DNA from: Orbicella franksi
Lineage: Eukaryota
Length of the DNA stretch: 64,000 nt
Direction of reading: 5' to 3'
Assembly (NCBI GenBank): GCA_964199315.1
Contig: OZ116711.1
Coordinates: 22,506,001 to 22,570,000, forward strand
Shown: piece after piece, positions 12,785 through 26,000 of the stretch
Layout: each line of letters starts with the position of its first letter
Numbering within the stretch: position 1 is the first letter of the stretch
The notes under the pieces: generated by a model
Databases searched by the model: none
The model's input: only the letters and a program-made list of their open reading frames with translations
Told to the model about the DNA's origin: nothing
Program-made: the position numbers and the translations under genes

Positions 12785-13873
12785 ATGGTGATGGCATGGA
12801 CAACCGCTTCGGTTATCATAACAGCTCTACCGCTATGTGTGGTGATTTTAATCGGTATTCTTGGCAATCTAATGGTTGTTCTAATCAGCACTAAAGGCAA
12901 TAGAGTTCGTACAAAGGGACGAGCCTTGATAGCCAGTTTGGCCTTTGCAGACACTCTGGAGTCTACAAATTTGATATTTATGCTAGTATCAGTGGCACAT
13001 TACGGACATTGGATTTTTGGCGATGCGCTATGCCAGTTGAACGGGTTTCTCACTACAGAGTTTGTTATTTCGTCCATGTACAGCTTGACTGCGATAAGCA
13101 TCAATCGCTATTTCATGGTGGTGAAACAAAACTACTATCGAAAGGTTTTCAACCCAAGAAACCAAGCTTTAATTGTCGCTTTTATTTGGTGCATTCCTCT
13201 CCCGTTTGCTATCGGACCATTGGTTGGTTGGTCAAAGTTTGAGTTCCAAACAGGAAAATGCATTTGCATCTTTTTCTTCAGTCGTTCCGTCGTTTTTTCC
13301 GTCGCGCTTCTGGTAGTTGCTGTTCCTCTACCGCTGGGGATAATCTGTTTTTGCTGTTTCAAGATTTTCAGAGAGGTTGGTCACCATTCCAAGCGGGTTA
13401 CCACAATGAGCAGTAATGCACCTTCAGTGAACGTTGAAGAGGTGCGAATCACTAAAACCTTAGCAGTTGTGATAGGCGCGTACCTAATTTGCTTCATTCC
13501 AGCTGCAACCATAAATCTAATTGAAATGGTTCAACCCAGCTTTGAAATACCTCTCTGGATCGATATACTGTCGATGATATTGGTCTTTTGCAACCATGCA
13601 AATAACCCCGTTATTTACGGAGCGTTGAACAGGCAGTATCGCAAAGCATTCAAGGACATATTGAAAAATCTCCTTGGAGGGCGATGCTCCTTGGACAAAA
13701 CGACTGATAGTTCGAACAATAGCACGGTGCTGGAAACAAGTACAGCGCCGAGATCAAGAAAGTTGTTTAAGACTACTGTGAATGTAGCGACAATGGCTAA
13801 AGCGAAAAGCAACAGTGAAGCTAAATGCACCGAAAGCGCTGGAAACTGTTTAGAAGTAGTGGCACCGAAATGA
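12785..13873 (+). CDS. Intronless class A (rhodopsin-like) GPCR, melatonin-receptor-like; 362 aa
   Basis: Seven hydrophobic segments. Motifs: TM1 GN, TM2 LAFAD, ECL1 WIFGDALC, TM3 NRY in place of DRY, TM6 CFIP, TM7 NPVIY, helix 8 NRQYRKAF. No lysine at the opsin K296-equivalent position. Confidence 0.93.
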   Translation: MVMAWTTASVIITALPLCVVILIGILGNLMVVLISTKGNRVRTKGRALIASLAFADTLESTNLIFMLVSVAHYGHWIFGDALCQLNGFLTTEFVISSMYSLTAISINRYFMVVKQNYYRKVFNPRNQALIVAFIWCIPLPFAIGPLVGWSKFEFQTGKCICIFFFSRSVVFSVALLVVAVPLPLGIICFCCFKIFREVGHHSKRVTTMSSNAPSVNVEEVRITKTLAVVIGAYLICFIPAATINLIEMVQPSFEIPLWIDILSMILVFCNHANNPVIYGALNRQYRKAFKDILKNLLGGRCSLDKTTDSSNNSTVLETSTAPRSRKLFKTTVNVATMAKAKSNSEAKCTESAGNCLEVVAPK

Positions 13874-16800
13874 GTTTGTTGGTTTAGAAAGTTGTTTATA
13901 AGGAACAAAATTGAAACACTGAAACAAATTAGACTGTATATAAACTGTTGAGCTTAGGGCCAAGAATTTCAAAGCCTTTCAAACAATTGCGGCAATTGTA
14001 TATGTGTGTTTGTGTGTTTCTTTTTTTTTTGGCATAAACCGGTTGCTTAAAAAGATGTTATTGAAGTGAACCGTGCTCCTAGCTATAAACAAAATTTACA
14101 GCTGTACAGGAAATTAACTAAAAGAGGGCTTTCTGGTATTTTGTGGTTGATTGTAAGTTAATTTTAAGGCGAGGTAAGGGGTTTTGATGTATGCGTCCAG
14201 AATATCGTTTATTTACTTATCGTGGCAAGTGCATATGTTAATCACGGCCAATATTTCGGGCAAGTGCTTATCTGACAACAAGAACTTTTCATAAGAACAG
14301 CAGGTATAGATTGGACAAACGGGTGGTGAATTTAATTATCCAACAACGTAGAAATGAATGGCATTAAATATTAAAAGCTTCTTACTGGGAATTATCATAA
14401 TAGAGAACCAGAACAGGGATAATATTTATTAACAGGATATGGAAAGTTAAAAGTACTGGAAATATTTCCCTCGTGAGATCGTTTTAACTTTCCTTCGCGC
14501 AAATTATCTCTTCTCCTCTGACCCTCCCAGGACCGTGTACGTGTTCATTGATTAAAGCACCTAGTTATAAATTGAGCATAACGCAAACGGAAGCATGAAT
14601 AATTGATTATCGGTTTACCTCAATATTACAATCACCAGCCAAAATAGAGAACATTGTTTATTCTTAGCCACAGCTAGATGAGAAAATCTACTATAAAAGC
14701 TCTCTCTATATATATTTCAAAACTCGATTCGCCCTCAAAGTGTTTCATGCACGTTAGTCATTTATACCTTCATAAATTTATTCATACGATTATGCAAAGA
14801 GTAACATACTACAAAGAAAGATGTGAAGAAGAGATTGTGTCGACACCAGTGCGCCGGCAATTTATTATTAAACGAAACTACTTCATCAGTGAACTATGAA
14901 GCAAATTTTGTTAGAAAAGAAAATTAAGTTTTGCTTCTTTTATGGGGCAAAGTGCTTGAACATCGGCGCAATAGAGTGCAATGAATTTCGCAGAGGTCTA
15001 ATAAATAAGAACTGTTATTGGAAAACAGCCCGGCTCTCCCGGCAAGCCAAAAATGGGTATTTTCAATCTTTTAGCCGATACGAACATGTAAGTAATTGCT
15101 CCTAACTACACTAAGGTACTTTCATTACTAGATTCATTACTACACAGGTTTATTACCCGAGAATTGGGAATTAACGTAGCATTGAGTGATGAGTTCTGCC
15201 TGTCAGCTTTGTACGAGAAGTGCATTAAGACTTCAACCACAACACGACTGTTGCGGCTCTTTCGTTTTTTCTTTGTGTCTTTTTTTCCGTTCCGTATGTT
15301 AATGTATTTTCTCACATTCTGCAAGCTTTTTCTTTTTGCTTCGTATGTAAATTTTGTTCCGCATATATTTGTGTTATTCTTTCATATCATGTTTATTTAG
15401 AGTCGGTTTATCGTCCGTTACCCTCCCTGAACCCCGTTTCCAGCATTTGGAATTTACCTTCCTACTACGGAAAGTTATTAAATTTGCTGGACTAACTAAT
15501 TTCAATTCGCTTTAAGTTGTTTGGAAGTCAGCTCTCAGCCTCTTCAACGACAAAAAAAAATTAAAGTGCAAGGCCCTTAGTTTACTGAGAAGTGTTTTTA
15601 CAGGACATTTTTATAGTTCAATTCTGACAGAATTACGTGTTTTACTTTCTGTCTAATTTCGAGGAAGTTTAAAATATAGTCCGTATATCAATTTCTGTGA
15701 ACTTAAATTTTGTCTTTTTCCATGACACATACAGCTCAGGGGAAATATAATACCGAGCAGAACTTGCAAATTATTTCCGACGTTTTATTTCAGACGTTTG
15801 ATGATTGGACACTTTTTATTTTTTATCTCATTTTGGACAAAGATTCCGGACGCTTCAACTCGATGAAACATAGCTTAAGTCATTTTACGCCTACAAAACA
15901 CGAATTAGACTGAAACATAATAGCTTACAGTGCACCCTCAAGGTTATACAGATACACTGACAAGACACACAAATTCTTTCAGGCCGTTACGTATCTCAAG
16001 CAGCGTTTCAACTATAGTTCACTCCGTAAAGGAAACTAAGAGCTGTGGAGCTACTTAGAAATGATATATTGTACTGTAAATATTTCGGACGCTAAACATT
16101 TCGGACGGTTTTATTTTCGGACTTTTTTTGTTAGATATTGTATGCATGCAAGTAATGTATGCGTGACTGTATATTCCAAGATTTCCCAGTTCCTTTTCAA
16201 TCAAATTTTCTTCGTCGTTAGTCATATGTATAACACTGCCATACTGTCAAACAGAGAAACCTAAAGCTGTACTGAAACGTTTACACTTATTTAATTTCAT
16301 AACACTGCTAAGCTTTAAACAGCTGTCAGTTCTATATTTCTAACAAATGAAGACAAAAACTAGCTTTGTTAGTACAGTAAAGTACCTTTTCATTGCTGTT
16401 GTGTACTAAACATTAAGAAAACATTAAAAAAAACAGTGGAGAACAGTTCCCAGCAACTTAACATTTTAATTGTGTATTTCTATCGAAACAAATATTTTCG
16501 GAGTGTAAAAAAAGAAAATGAGGGCTTCTATTGACAAATAAAATTAAACTAAAAATGGCATTGGAAGGTCTTACAAAAAAAAAAATACTAGTCCAAACAA
16601 ATCATTGTAAGCGTTTCTTATCTGCTCTAACATGAACAACAGTTCAACGAAAATGTCAACAAGACTCTACGTTTCTATTTCTTGCGGAGTGATTTCGCGA
16701 CGATGTAATTTCGCCTTTACTTTAGTCTCGCTTCCAGCTGTGCTCTATGATTGGTTCAAAAAGTCCGCACCACTTTGTCAACCAATCATTGGTCAAAGAC

Positions 16801-17279
16801 TTGCTCGTGCCTTCATATTTATCAAAGCTACCTTTGCAAGGGTATTCAAAAAAGGCCTGCACTAACTTGCAAAATATAGAAAACTCACGGTCCCAATTTT
16901 CTTCATGTAATATTGGTAAAAACTATCAAAGCAAACTAAAGACCTACAAAAGTGACGCGGCCGAAAGCTACTTTTGCAAAAGTGTTTACAAAAGGGCCTT
17001 AAATTGACACTGACTCATCAAAATTTCAAAATATCTCAGACCCAATTTTCTTGTAACTAATTGCCAAATGCTACGAAAGACAAGTTGGTATAAAGGGACA
17101 AGAAGTTTGAGTGGAAATCGTACCATTAGGAGGAAGAAAGTGGATTACCTCTGTTTTCATCAATATCTACTCTTTAGTAATTGTTCAGTTTCTAGCGAAT
17201 CTTGCCATGATTACAGCCCTAAAATTTTTGGGTCTTTTGCACGCCTTTCGTTGTGTTTTAGAAAAAAATAAAAATTTTG

Positions 17280-17417
17280 TTCACCAGCCTAGGTCGGTCC
17301 GTATTGGGAAAAACTGTACCTTCTGTCTTGAGTACCGCCCGAGCCCTGTGGCCTCGGGCGGTACTCAAGACAGAGGGTACAGTTTTTTCCCAATACGGAC
17401 CGACCTAGGCTGGTGAA
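17280..17417. repeat. Near-perfect 138-bp palindrome (hairpin MITE)
   Basis: Arms of ~64 bp (ttcaccagcctaggtcggtccgtattggg...gtaccgcccgag and its reverse complement) around a 9-nt loop. Confidence 0.9.
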
Positions 17418-17495
17418 TAACATATATTTCAAGCTAACATTATGTTCAATTTATATGGGAGTTTGGGAGAGATGGCTTACAGAGTTGTGAGAATA

Positions 17496-17880
17496 TTAAT
17501 CAAGAAATATAAAACATGTATCGTGTTTCTATCGAGTTATAGAAACACGAGAGAAAGTTTGGGAGAACGAGAAATGCTGTAGGAACACAAGCCGCAGGCG
17601 AGTGTTTCAACAGCTTTCTCGAGTTCTCCATAACTTTCACGAGTGTTTCTCGATAGAAACTCCATAGAAACACGGAGAACATGTTTTCTATTTCTTTTAG
17701 AAAACACCGTGTCGAAAAAAAGGAAAACAGCTTGTTAACTTTGATTATCAAAGTGTAAATTCTCTTTGCTCGCGCCATCATTACGTCAACAGCTCATGCT
17801 AGTTCTATGTTTCCATCGAGTTATAGAAACACGATTTTTAACCAATAAGCGCGCGTATTTTCTTAGGACTGTTTTCTAAT
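17496..17880. mobile_element. Interspersed repeat with internal palindrome (tatagaaacacg family)
   Basis: Repeated gagttatagaaacacg, and an internal inverted segment gagaaagtttgggagaacgagaaa / tttctcgagttctccataactttc. Confidence 0.55.
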
Positions 17881-19042
17881 GTGTTATGTCTTCCATTTAC
17901 AGAAGTGAGAAAATCCCCCAACCGGCAAGGCCTTGCCGATATAGACAACAAGATCAGCAAACTTGGATTTGTTAAGTAAAATAGACTGGAAACCCCAATA
18001 CACGTAGATGGTCCACAGGAACCCCTCACTTTGTAACATTTGTTTGAATACTGTACTGTAAATGCTGGAAAAAAGCCTGCAGGGCATTTGTTTTTGAAAT
18101 AGGATAACTTAGGGGATGCTTACTCCATGGGGAGCGACCGGTACTTTTTATCTTTCCTTATCATGGCCAGATGGTAATTTAATGGCAAAGGTCACGATTG
18201 GTTTTGCCTCTCACCGGTTGAGAAAGTGGTGGTTCTAACTAATCAGAGAGCAAAGTCAGTAAAGAAAAACCATAGCAAATGAAAATTACTTTTGACACTC
18301 AATTGAAAACCGCTATAAGTAAGTCGATTTTCTGGAAAATGATTGCCATATATGAAATTTTATATATTTATCTGGATTCTGTGAGAGGTTTGGAGCAATT
18401 TGAGGTATTAATGTTATAACGCCATCGGTTCGCTTTAAGAAAACGTTCTCTGAAGTTGGAAATTGTTAACGCGGGGGTTTGTCATGCCAGTATGGACGGG
18501 CGAAAAGAGAGGTTTACAACACCGTTAACGTTATAAAAACTTCATTTACGGTTTACTAGATCCTACAAATTTCGTTTAAATTCATCAAATGAATTCACGG
18601 AGTTAACAATTACTTCCTGGACAGTAACTGGCCCCCTAATGATTTCAGTGTAATGTATTTACCAAGGTTTTCAAATTCGATTCGGCCGTGAACGAGGAAA
18701 GGTGCAAGAAATTCACAGGTCCTTTTCTCAAGAAGTCAACTTTATGGGCTCATTTCGTTTCATTTTAAAATCCTTGCATCATTGCCTAACTATGAGCTAA
18801 TCGTAACCGTGGAATCATGTCTACACACAACCCTGAAATACGTTTAACACTTTCGAGGCCCCTTTCAACTGCATTCCCAAACCTCCTCGAACTATTCATT
18901 CATTTCATTTTGTATATAGTGTACGTTTAACTTGTATATACCTGATCAGTGAATAAAAAACTTTGTCGGGAGAAGTGGTACTTGGTACTTTAATTTATTT
19001 CATTTTAATTTTAATGTAACTTATTTAGTAGTACTGTTTGCG

Positions 19043-19100
19043 TATTAGCACTGAAAAGGTCCCATGGGAAGTGCTAATAAAATTTGTATTGTATTGTATT
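19043..19100 (+). mobile_element. 3' end of a LINE/SINE: terminal stem-loop plus (TGTAT)n tail
   Basis: tattagcac...gtgctaata stem followed by aaatttgtattgtattgtatt. Confidence 0.5.
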
Positions 19101-20125
19101 GACTGTAAGAAGACGGTAAAGAGAGGTAAGAGCGATCCTCGCGGCTTCTCCACTCAAGTGTCCGCTGGAAGAGAACTTAAAAGAAGAATTTGGGAGAAGA
19201 AAAGAGACTGCTCGTAGTCCAAGGGAGATCCCCGCTGTGGGCTCAGTCATACCCCGATGACCAGCTCACAACATCTCTTCATGATAAACATGTAACTTGT
19301 GGGAGTGAAGAAATGGTCAGCGAAAATATAATTATCTCGTCTTGAAAGAAATTCCCGTAATTAATACCATACGTAGCACATGAAGAAAGGTAAGGAGGAC
19401 ACATCACGACTGTAAACAAGAAAGAGCTTCCTTATCGGCTCTTTGTGGTCCTCTCCCCATTTTCCCTCTCCTTCGAACTTAATCATCTTTGAAATAAATT
19501 TTCTCTGGCCACGATAATCGGAACACTTCAGGAAGAGCAAAAACAATCAATTCCAAGAACGTTGCCAAGGACAACGTGGTTGCTTGCAGCCGTGTATTAA
19601 TTAGTATAGAGAAAAGCACTGTTATTATATGAAAACGAAATAGCAAAGGAGAAGAAAGGTTAGGGGTGACGGAAGAATTTGCCAAATACTCCCGAGGGCA
19701 CCGGACCAAGTGGTACTTGCTTAATCCTACTCGCGGAACCTCAGAGTCAAAACAGTTTCTTGTTTCCTGCGCACCGGCGTTTTTGAGCGACAGACGGCAA
19801 CCGGAAGTGGGGTTTGTTCTCTTTTTGCTTCCCTTAGCGCTACCACATTTGTATTACTAAGTGTGTTTATTCTTATAAAGACGATTTACTGAAAATTTGT
19901 ACACAACCACTGCCCATGAATACGAAACTTTCACTTCCGGTTGCAGTCCTTCGCCTGAAGTACCCCTTTGCTAAAAATATTGTCTCCGCGGCGCATGGAA
20001 GGTCTTCCTGTGGGAAAAACCACCTACTTTTATGAGGACAATATTGCGTCATAGAGATAACAAAAATTGTTTTATTTCAAATGTTTCTAAAATTGCCAAA
20101 TTTTTGTAGCAGTAAGATTGAAATC

Positions 20126-20340
20126 AAACATTTAAAAAAGGCGACACACCGTTTAAGTATTATGTAACTTTTTTCACTGATTTGTATTATTATTCTACAT
20201 TTTGTAATTTACACCTATTTGTTATACAGTACTTTATATAAAGTCACTCACTTGTAAACATCCTTTAACTGAAGATGAATACTGAGTATCCGAAACATGT
20301 CTTACAAATTTAAACGGTGTGTCGTCTTTTTTAAATGTTT
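20126..20340 (+). mobile_element. Penelope-like element remnant with inverted terminal segment and hammerhead-like core
   Basis: 31-bp inverted repeat (20126-20156 / 20310-20340, one mismatch) enclosing CTGAAGA-TG-stem-GAAAC-AT-GTC at 20269-20301. Confidence 0.45.
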
Positions 20341-23082
20341 GGTCTCTAAAATTGAATAGGATAGACTTACTATACATGCAACACTGGGCTGTTTACTCCA
20401 TACTAGTGTGCCACTGGTTCGTCCTCATTACAGACATTACAAACTCTTTCTCTTGATAGGAGAGGGAGGAATGTAGACGAAATTTGGACTGGTGGCAATA
20501 CATAACGGTTACAGAGAACAAATGATAACAGGAGGGCACTTCCACCAGTTTGCTAATTGAACACTAGGCCGGTCATGCATACACCACCATCTTTTACAAA
20601 TTAAAAGACCTGGGCCCATTTTATTTTTTAAAGTACGATTAAGTGAGTCCGAAATTAGAGCCAATTTATGGCTGAAAACTGTGGCCATCGATTATGGCCC
20701 CGACAAAACAAAAAAACTTGGCTATAATGGCAAAATTAGTGGAGTAATGTCAAGTAGAATTAAATCCACTCTCGAGCTACTGGGCTGTGATCAGTATCCT
20801 CATAGCCTATTCAAAAACAAACATTATAGTACTTTAACAGATGGACCATTCTAATTTCGTGTTTATTATGAGGAGCGGGAAGGGAGGGAATGGGGAGGAG
20901 TGCAATATTTGACTACCAAAATTTGTAGTCGAAAACGATTCCTATCACCGACTAGTTTGCAAGATATTTCTTTTAAAGCATCACCATGTATACGATGTGG
21001 AAATGGTTTTGCAGGATTTGTCTGTTTTGCTTTGCTCCGCTTCGCTATAAAATAAAATGGTCCATGGATAAACTGCTGTTACTTTAGGGTGTTAGCTCGT
21101 CTCAAGCAGATCTAAGCTGCAGTTTTCTTTTCACCACATGGGACTTTTTTTACAACTTAATTAATCAATTATTTTTTAAAACGTATCAAATTCTAAAGCG
21201 AGGGACACTACTGAAAAAATTGTCTTCATAACCTTGCTTAGAAACGTCTAGAAAAATATTTTATGACTTAACTAAAAACTCTCGCTAAAAATTAAATCAA
21301 CTCTACTTGATTTTAAACTGATTTTTTTCAAATACAAGTACATGGAACATTCTATCTGATAACATGGCCATGACTTCTGATCATCGGCATCATCATCATA
21401 ATTAAATTAACTTAATATAATTCTGGAAATCAAAGCAAACATGAAGCTTATGACTTTTACAATTTTTTGGATGTAACATCATTACACCCGACGCTATTAG
21501 CCGTAATAGTTAAACTAAAACAACTCGAAATTGTCGACATGTCAGCTCCCTGAGCGAGTACCTCTTTCTTGTCTCGGCGTCGCCATTTCTACCAAACAAA
21601 TGCAAAAATAATCAGGCATACTATGACACCACCGTTCACTCTTATGGACTACATTAAAAACGCTTCTTGGGAGACACTTTTCTTGAGTTACAGTTAAGCA
21701 TCTCCTGGACATGGAATGATAAGTGGAGAGAAAAATGACAAGTGGAGAGAAGTTTTGTGAATTTTCAAAACAGGCCAGCAAACCAGGAAATTGGAGCCCA
21801 GTTAAAATATTTGACTAAAACTTGATACTGGGGGATTTGAGCACAAACTACGAGATCAGGGACAAGTACAACTTTCAAACTTCACGACAGTCATCTCCAC
21901 AGAACCCTCGTTCTTCACTATTGCTTAATAACTGATAACGAGAGTTTAGAAACAGGATTGATGTATGAAATGATTATGCGAACAAGAACTAAAAAGTCGT
22001 GCTCGTCCTTAATCTCGTATTCGTAGTAAAATCTAAGGGTCCCTACTATATTGGTGATATCAAACAAATGCCCAGTCGTCGGAAAGCAGTCCATGACATG
22101 AAATTATCTGGACCCCTGATGATACTGTTACTACATCAACAGTTTAACCTGTTAGAAACACCCCTAATTTTAATAGGCCGGAGCTGAGCTTGGTAACTTC
22201 TATTTTTTATCGTTGAAGAAGGACTGTAGGGTATTGAGATCCAACATTTTGCAAACTGTAATTACATGAAAATACGTGGGAACAGATTCTGAACTGCCTC
22301 AGTTACATTTTGAAAAATTTAAAGTGGCTCGAAATTTCCTATAACAACTTTTTAACCGTTACAAAAAAATCTGTATCTTAACTGGCATGCTGATGGTTGT
22401 CCGATTTTATAAAATGAGGGTCGCCGGGCTTATTTTTGAGTTATGATCACTTAGAACCAAAATAAGGGGTGTTTCTGACAGGTCTGATATCGTCCCTATG
22501 ATAACCAATTTTGCAACAAAATACATCATAACTTAACTTGTTCACCAATAATTGAGAATTTGTTTGTTACCATTCCCATAGTATCAGCTTTTCAAGTGTG
22601 CTAGTACTGATCCATCAAGGTACAAGCGCTGGGACGCGGGGAAACTGGTTTAAGCCTTGTGCGAACATTTGTGGCTATGCAAAAGGAAACCACAATCTTG
22701 CCCTTGAACTCCAGACCAGGGGTTGTCCATGTAAAGCAATATGATACCTTTTGACTTCCGTGTATATGTTGTGTTTCAATTTTATCCTTGGTTTAAATGT
22801 TTTTTCTCCCTTTGTTTTAAACTAATTATCATGCATTATCATACATTACCGTACCCAAAAACAAAGGGAGAAAAAAATTCAAACCAAGTATAAATTTGAA
22901 CCACGACACATATATCGGTAACGCCTTCCAAACCTCCTTTGAAATTGACAACATTCTTGTTTTCTTGAACAATAGAAGGGTTACTGATAGATTAACCTTT
23001 CAACAGATCATAGACCTTTCTTACAGTCAGGTAGTGAGTAAAAGAAAATGTCCTTCTGTTCAAAGATCAAAGAAATCTTCAC

Positions 23083-26000
23083 TTACCATTTTTTTTCTCC
23101 ACATTCAAGCGTGACGTCATCACCAATCAGCACAAACGGACCCCAGTACTTAACGGCGCTGAACTGCTGCGTCTCGCGAAGAGATTTCATGGCCTGGTAA
23201 AGAGCCAAACTGGCTCTTTTTCCATATGCTAGTTGTTTGTAGAAACTTTCCATGAACAGCAACGTTGCTTCGTCATCAATCGCCCAGAGTGACACCAGAA
23301 CAGACCGGGCACCAGCACATAGGAAAGCACGAGCGATGCCGACTACACCTTCAGACTTCACCTCTCCACGACCACTGTGACAGCAGCTAAGCACAACGAG
23401 TCTTGCTTTAAGACGCGCGGCCTGCACATCCGCCATTGTTAAAATGAAATCTTCTTTCTCAGGGATTTGTGATGCCCGTTCGACGTTGGGAGCTAAGGCT
23501 ATTTCTCCAGTTTTCGGACATCCGTGTGCTGCAATGTGCACCAAAGCGACTGAGGTAATTCTTTCCAGTACTTCACTTTTTGTTGCATCTCTTCCAGTAA
23601 GAGGTGTGGTGTTTAGAAGTTTCGCGATCATCTCGACCTCCATTCTGGCGTAAGGCAACTGTGTTAACTTCATGGGAATCTGATCCACAGAAGGATCTCC
23701 TACGAGTAATGCCCCAGTATTACTGTGGAAGTCGTTAGGTGACTCTCTGATTAGCTTTAACGCTGTTAGTGAGGGAACAGTCGTGATCCTGACCGACTCA
23801 GTCAATGCAGAATAAGGAGCAAGGCAAAATGCACCATCCGGGACAACGATTAGCTGATCATCTCGGAGCATGTCTGCAACTGGGCCAATAATTACATGAA
23901 ACAAGGAGCGCAAAGAATTTAGTGACGTGGTAGCGGACTGTGTTTGATCGGCAAAAACGGGCACTCTCGTGGATGTTGGCTCATGAAGCAGCACATCCAA
24001 CGAACGATTCTCGCATCTTACATCAACACCTGCGCCAATCTCCTTTAAAAAAGTTTCCATTAACTGGGATGCACTTCCATCTTCGATTACCGTTTGCTTA
24101 AATCGGAGCTCGGTGCCTTTTCTCGTAAACCAATAATTGATCGTGTTCTGATCCAGTGCTATGAAAACTGTTTGTGTTGACGACTCATGCAATACAGATG
24201 AGATCGTTTCTTTGGGACTGAAAGATATGGGTGCGTCAATGCCATATTGTTCCTTCAATGCATCCGTCAGCGCCTGGGCTCGTCCTTGTTCAGCAGCACA
24301 CAAAGCCTTGTCAGTCTCTCCATTCTTGAGAAGAGTTCTCCACAGAGCAGTGTACGCATCTCGATAGCGATGACGAAAATGGATCTTCCAGTCATCTTCT
24401 GACTCCAAAAGAGCTCTTCTGTCGTTAAAGAGCCTTATGCTCGATTGATAATATGCCTTAGCCTCACTAAAAGAACCCTTCTTATCGAAATCAAGGCCTA
24501 GTGAATAGCATGCAATTCCCTCTCCAGCTTTGTCGCCAAGTTCTTTGGCAATAGCCAGGTCTAGACTGTGGTACTCTATGGCTTTTTCAAGATTACCTAG
24601 ATTATGGTAAGCGTTGCCTAGGTTACAGTAGGTACGTCCCTCCCCAGCCCTGTCTCCTAACTCTTTGGCAATACTAACATGTTTCATGAGATACTCTATA
24701 GCTTGTTTGAAATTACGTAGGCCTTCATAAGCATTTCCTATGCTTCCATACGCCGTTCCCTCTCCAGCCTTGTCACCCAATTCTTTTGCGAGACTGAGGG
24801 TTTGTTTGTAATGCTTTATAGCTTGTTTAAAATCGCCTAGTTGGTAATAAGCATTTCCGAGATTTGCTTCAGCATTTTTTTTCCCATTGTTGTCTCCCAT
24901 TACTTCTGCAATACGAAGATGTTTTTCGGCATACTCCATGGCTTGTTTAGAATCACCTAGACTATGATAACAAATGCTAAGATTACCATAGGCACCTCCC
25001 TCCCGAGCTCTATCCCCCAATTCTTTCGCGATATTAAGACACTGATTATGGCACTCTATGGCTTGCTTGTAAAACCCCAGCCTTTCATAAGCATTGCCCA
25101 GATTTCCAAAAGCGAATCCTTCCCTAGCCCTATCTCCTACTTCTTTGGCAATACTTAATTGTTGTTTGTGATATTCTGCTGCTTGTTTAAAATCACCCAG
25201 ACAGTAATAAGCAATGCCCAAATTCCCATAGGCAGTTCCCTCCCCTCCTCTGTCCCCCACGTCTTTGGAAATTCTAAGATCTTTTGAATGGTACTCTATT
25301 GCTTGTTGAAAACTACCCAGACTATGATAAGCATTGCCGAGACCACTATAGGCCGTACTTTCTTTGGTCTTATCACCCATTGCTTTGGCAATACTAAGAG
25401 CTTGATCTTGGTACGCGATGGCCTGCTTAAAATTACCCAGCTTGTGGTAAACATTACCCAGAATTCCACAGGTGTCTCCCTCTCGAGGCCTGTCCCCCAG
25501 TTGCTTGACAACACATAGATGTTTTGTGAGGTGCTCTATAGCTTGTTTGAAATCACCTTCTTTGTAAAAAGCAACACCTAAAACTAGATCTTCGTTGCTA
25601 TTTCCTCCCCAAGCCCCATCTCCCACCCGTGAATCGTCCCCCATCTCTTTGGAAATTTTGATTCTTTTGATGTAATACTCTGAAGCTTTTTCAAAATTAC
25701 CCAGACCTCTATAACCATTTTCCAGGTTCCCATAAGCTTTTCTCTCTCCAACCCTGTCCTCCAGTTCTTTAGCAAAACTAAGGTGTTTCATATGGTACTC
25801 TATGGCTTGTTTAAGATTACCCAGACGATTATACACAACGCCCAGATTTCCGTAGGCATTTCCCTCTTCAGATTTGTCCCCCACTTCCTGGGCAATACTA
25901 AGAGCTAGTTTGTGAGATTCTATGGCTTGATCAAAATTGTTTAGTTTGTCATGTGCATTTCCCAGATTGCCATAAGCTCTTCCCTCTGCAGCCCTGTCCT

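Noticed and set aside
12785-13873. GPCR as an opsin, or as a direct C-terminal PDZ ligand
   Set aside because: Phe rather than Lys lies six residues before NPxxY, and the C-terminus VAPK lacks a terminal hydrophobic residue.
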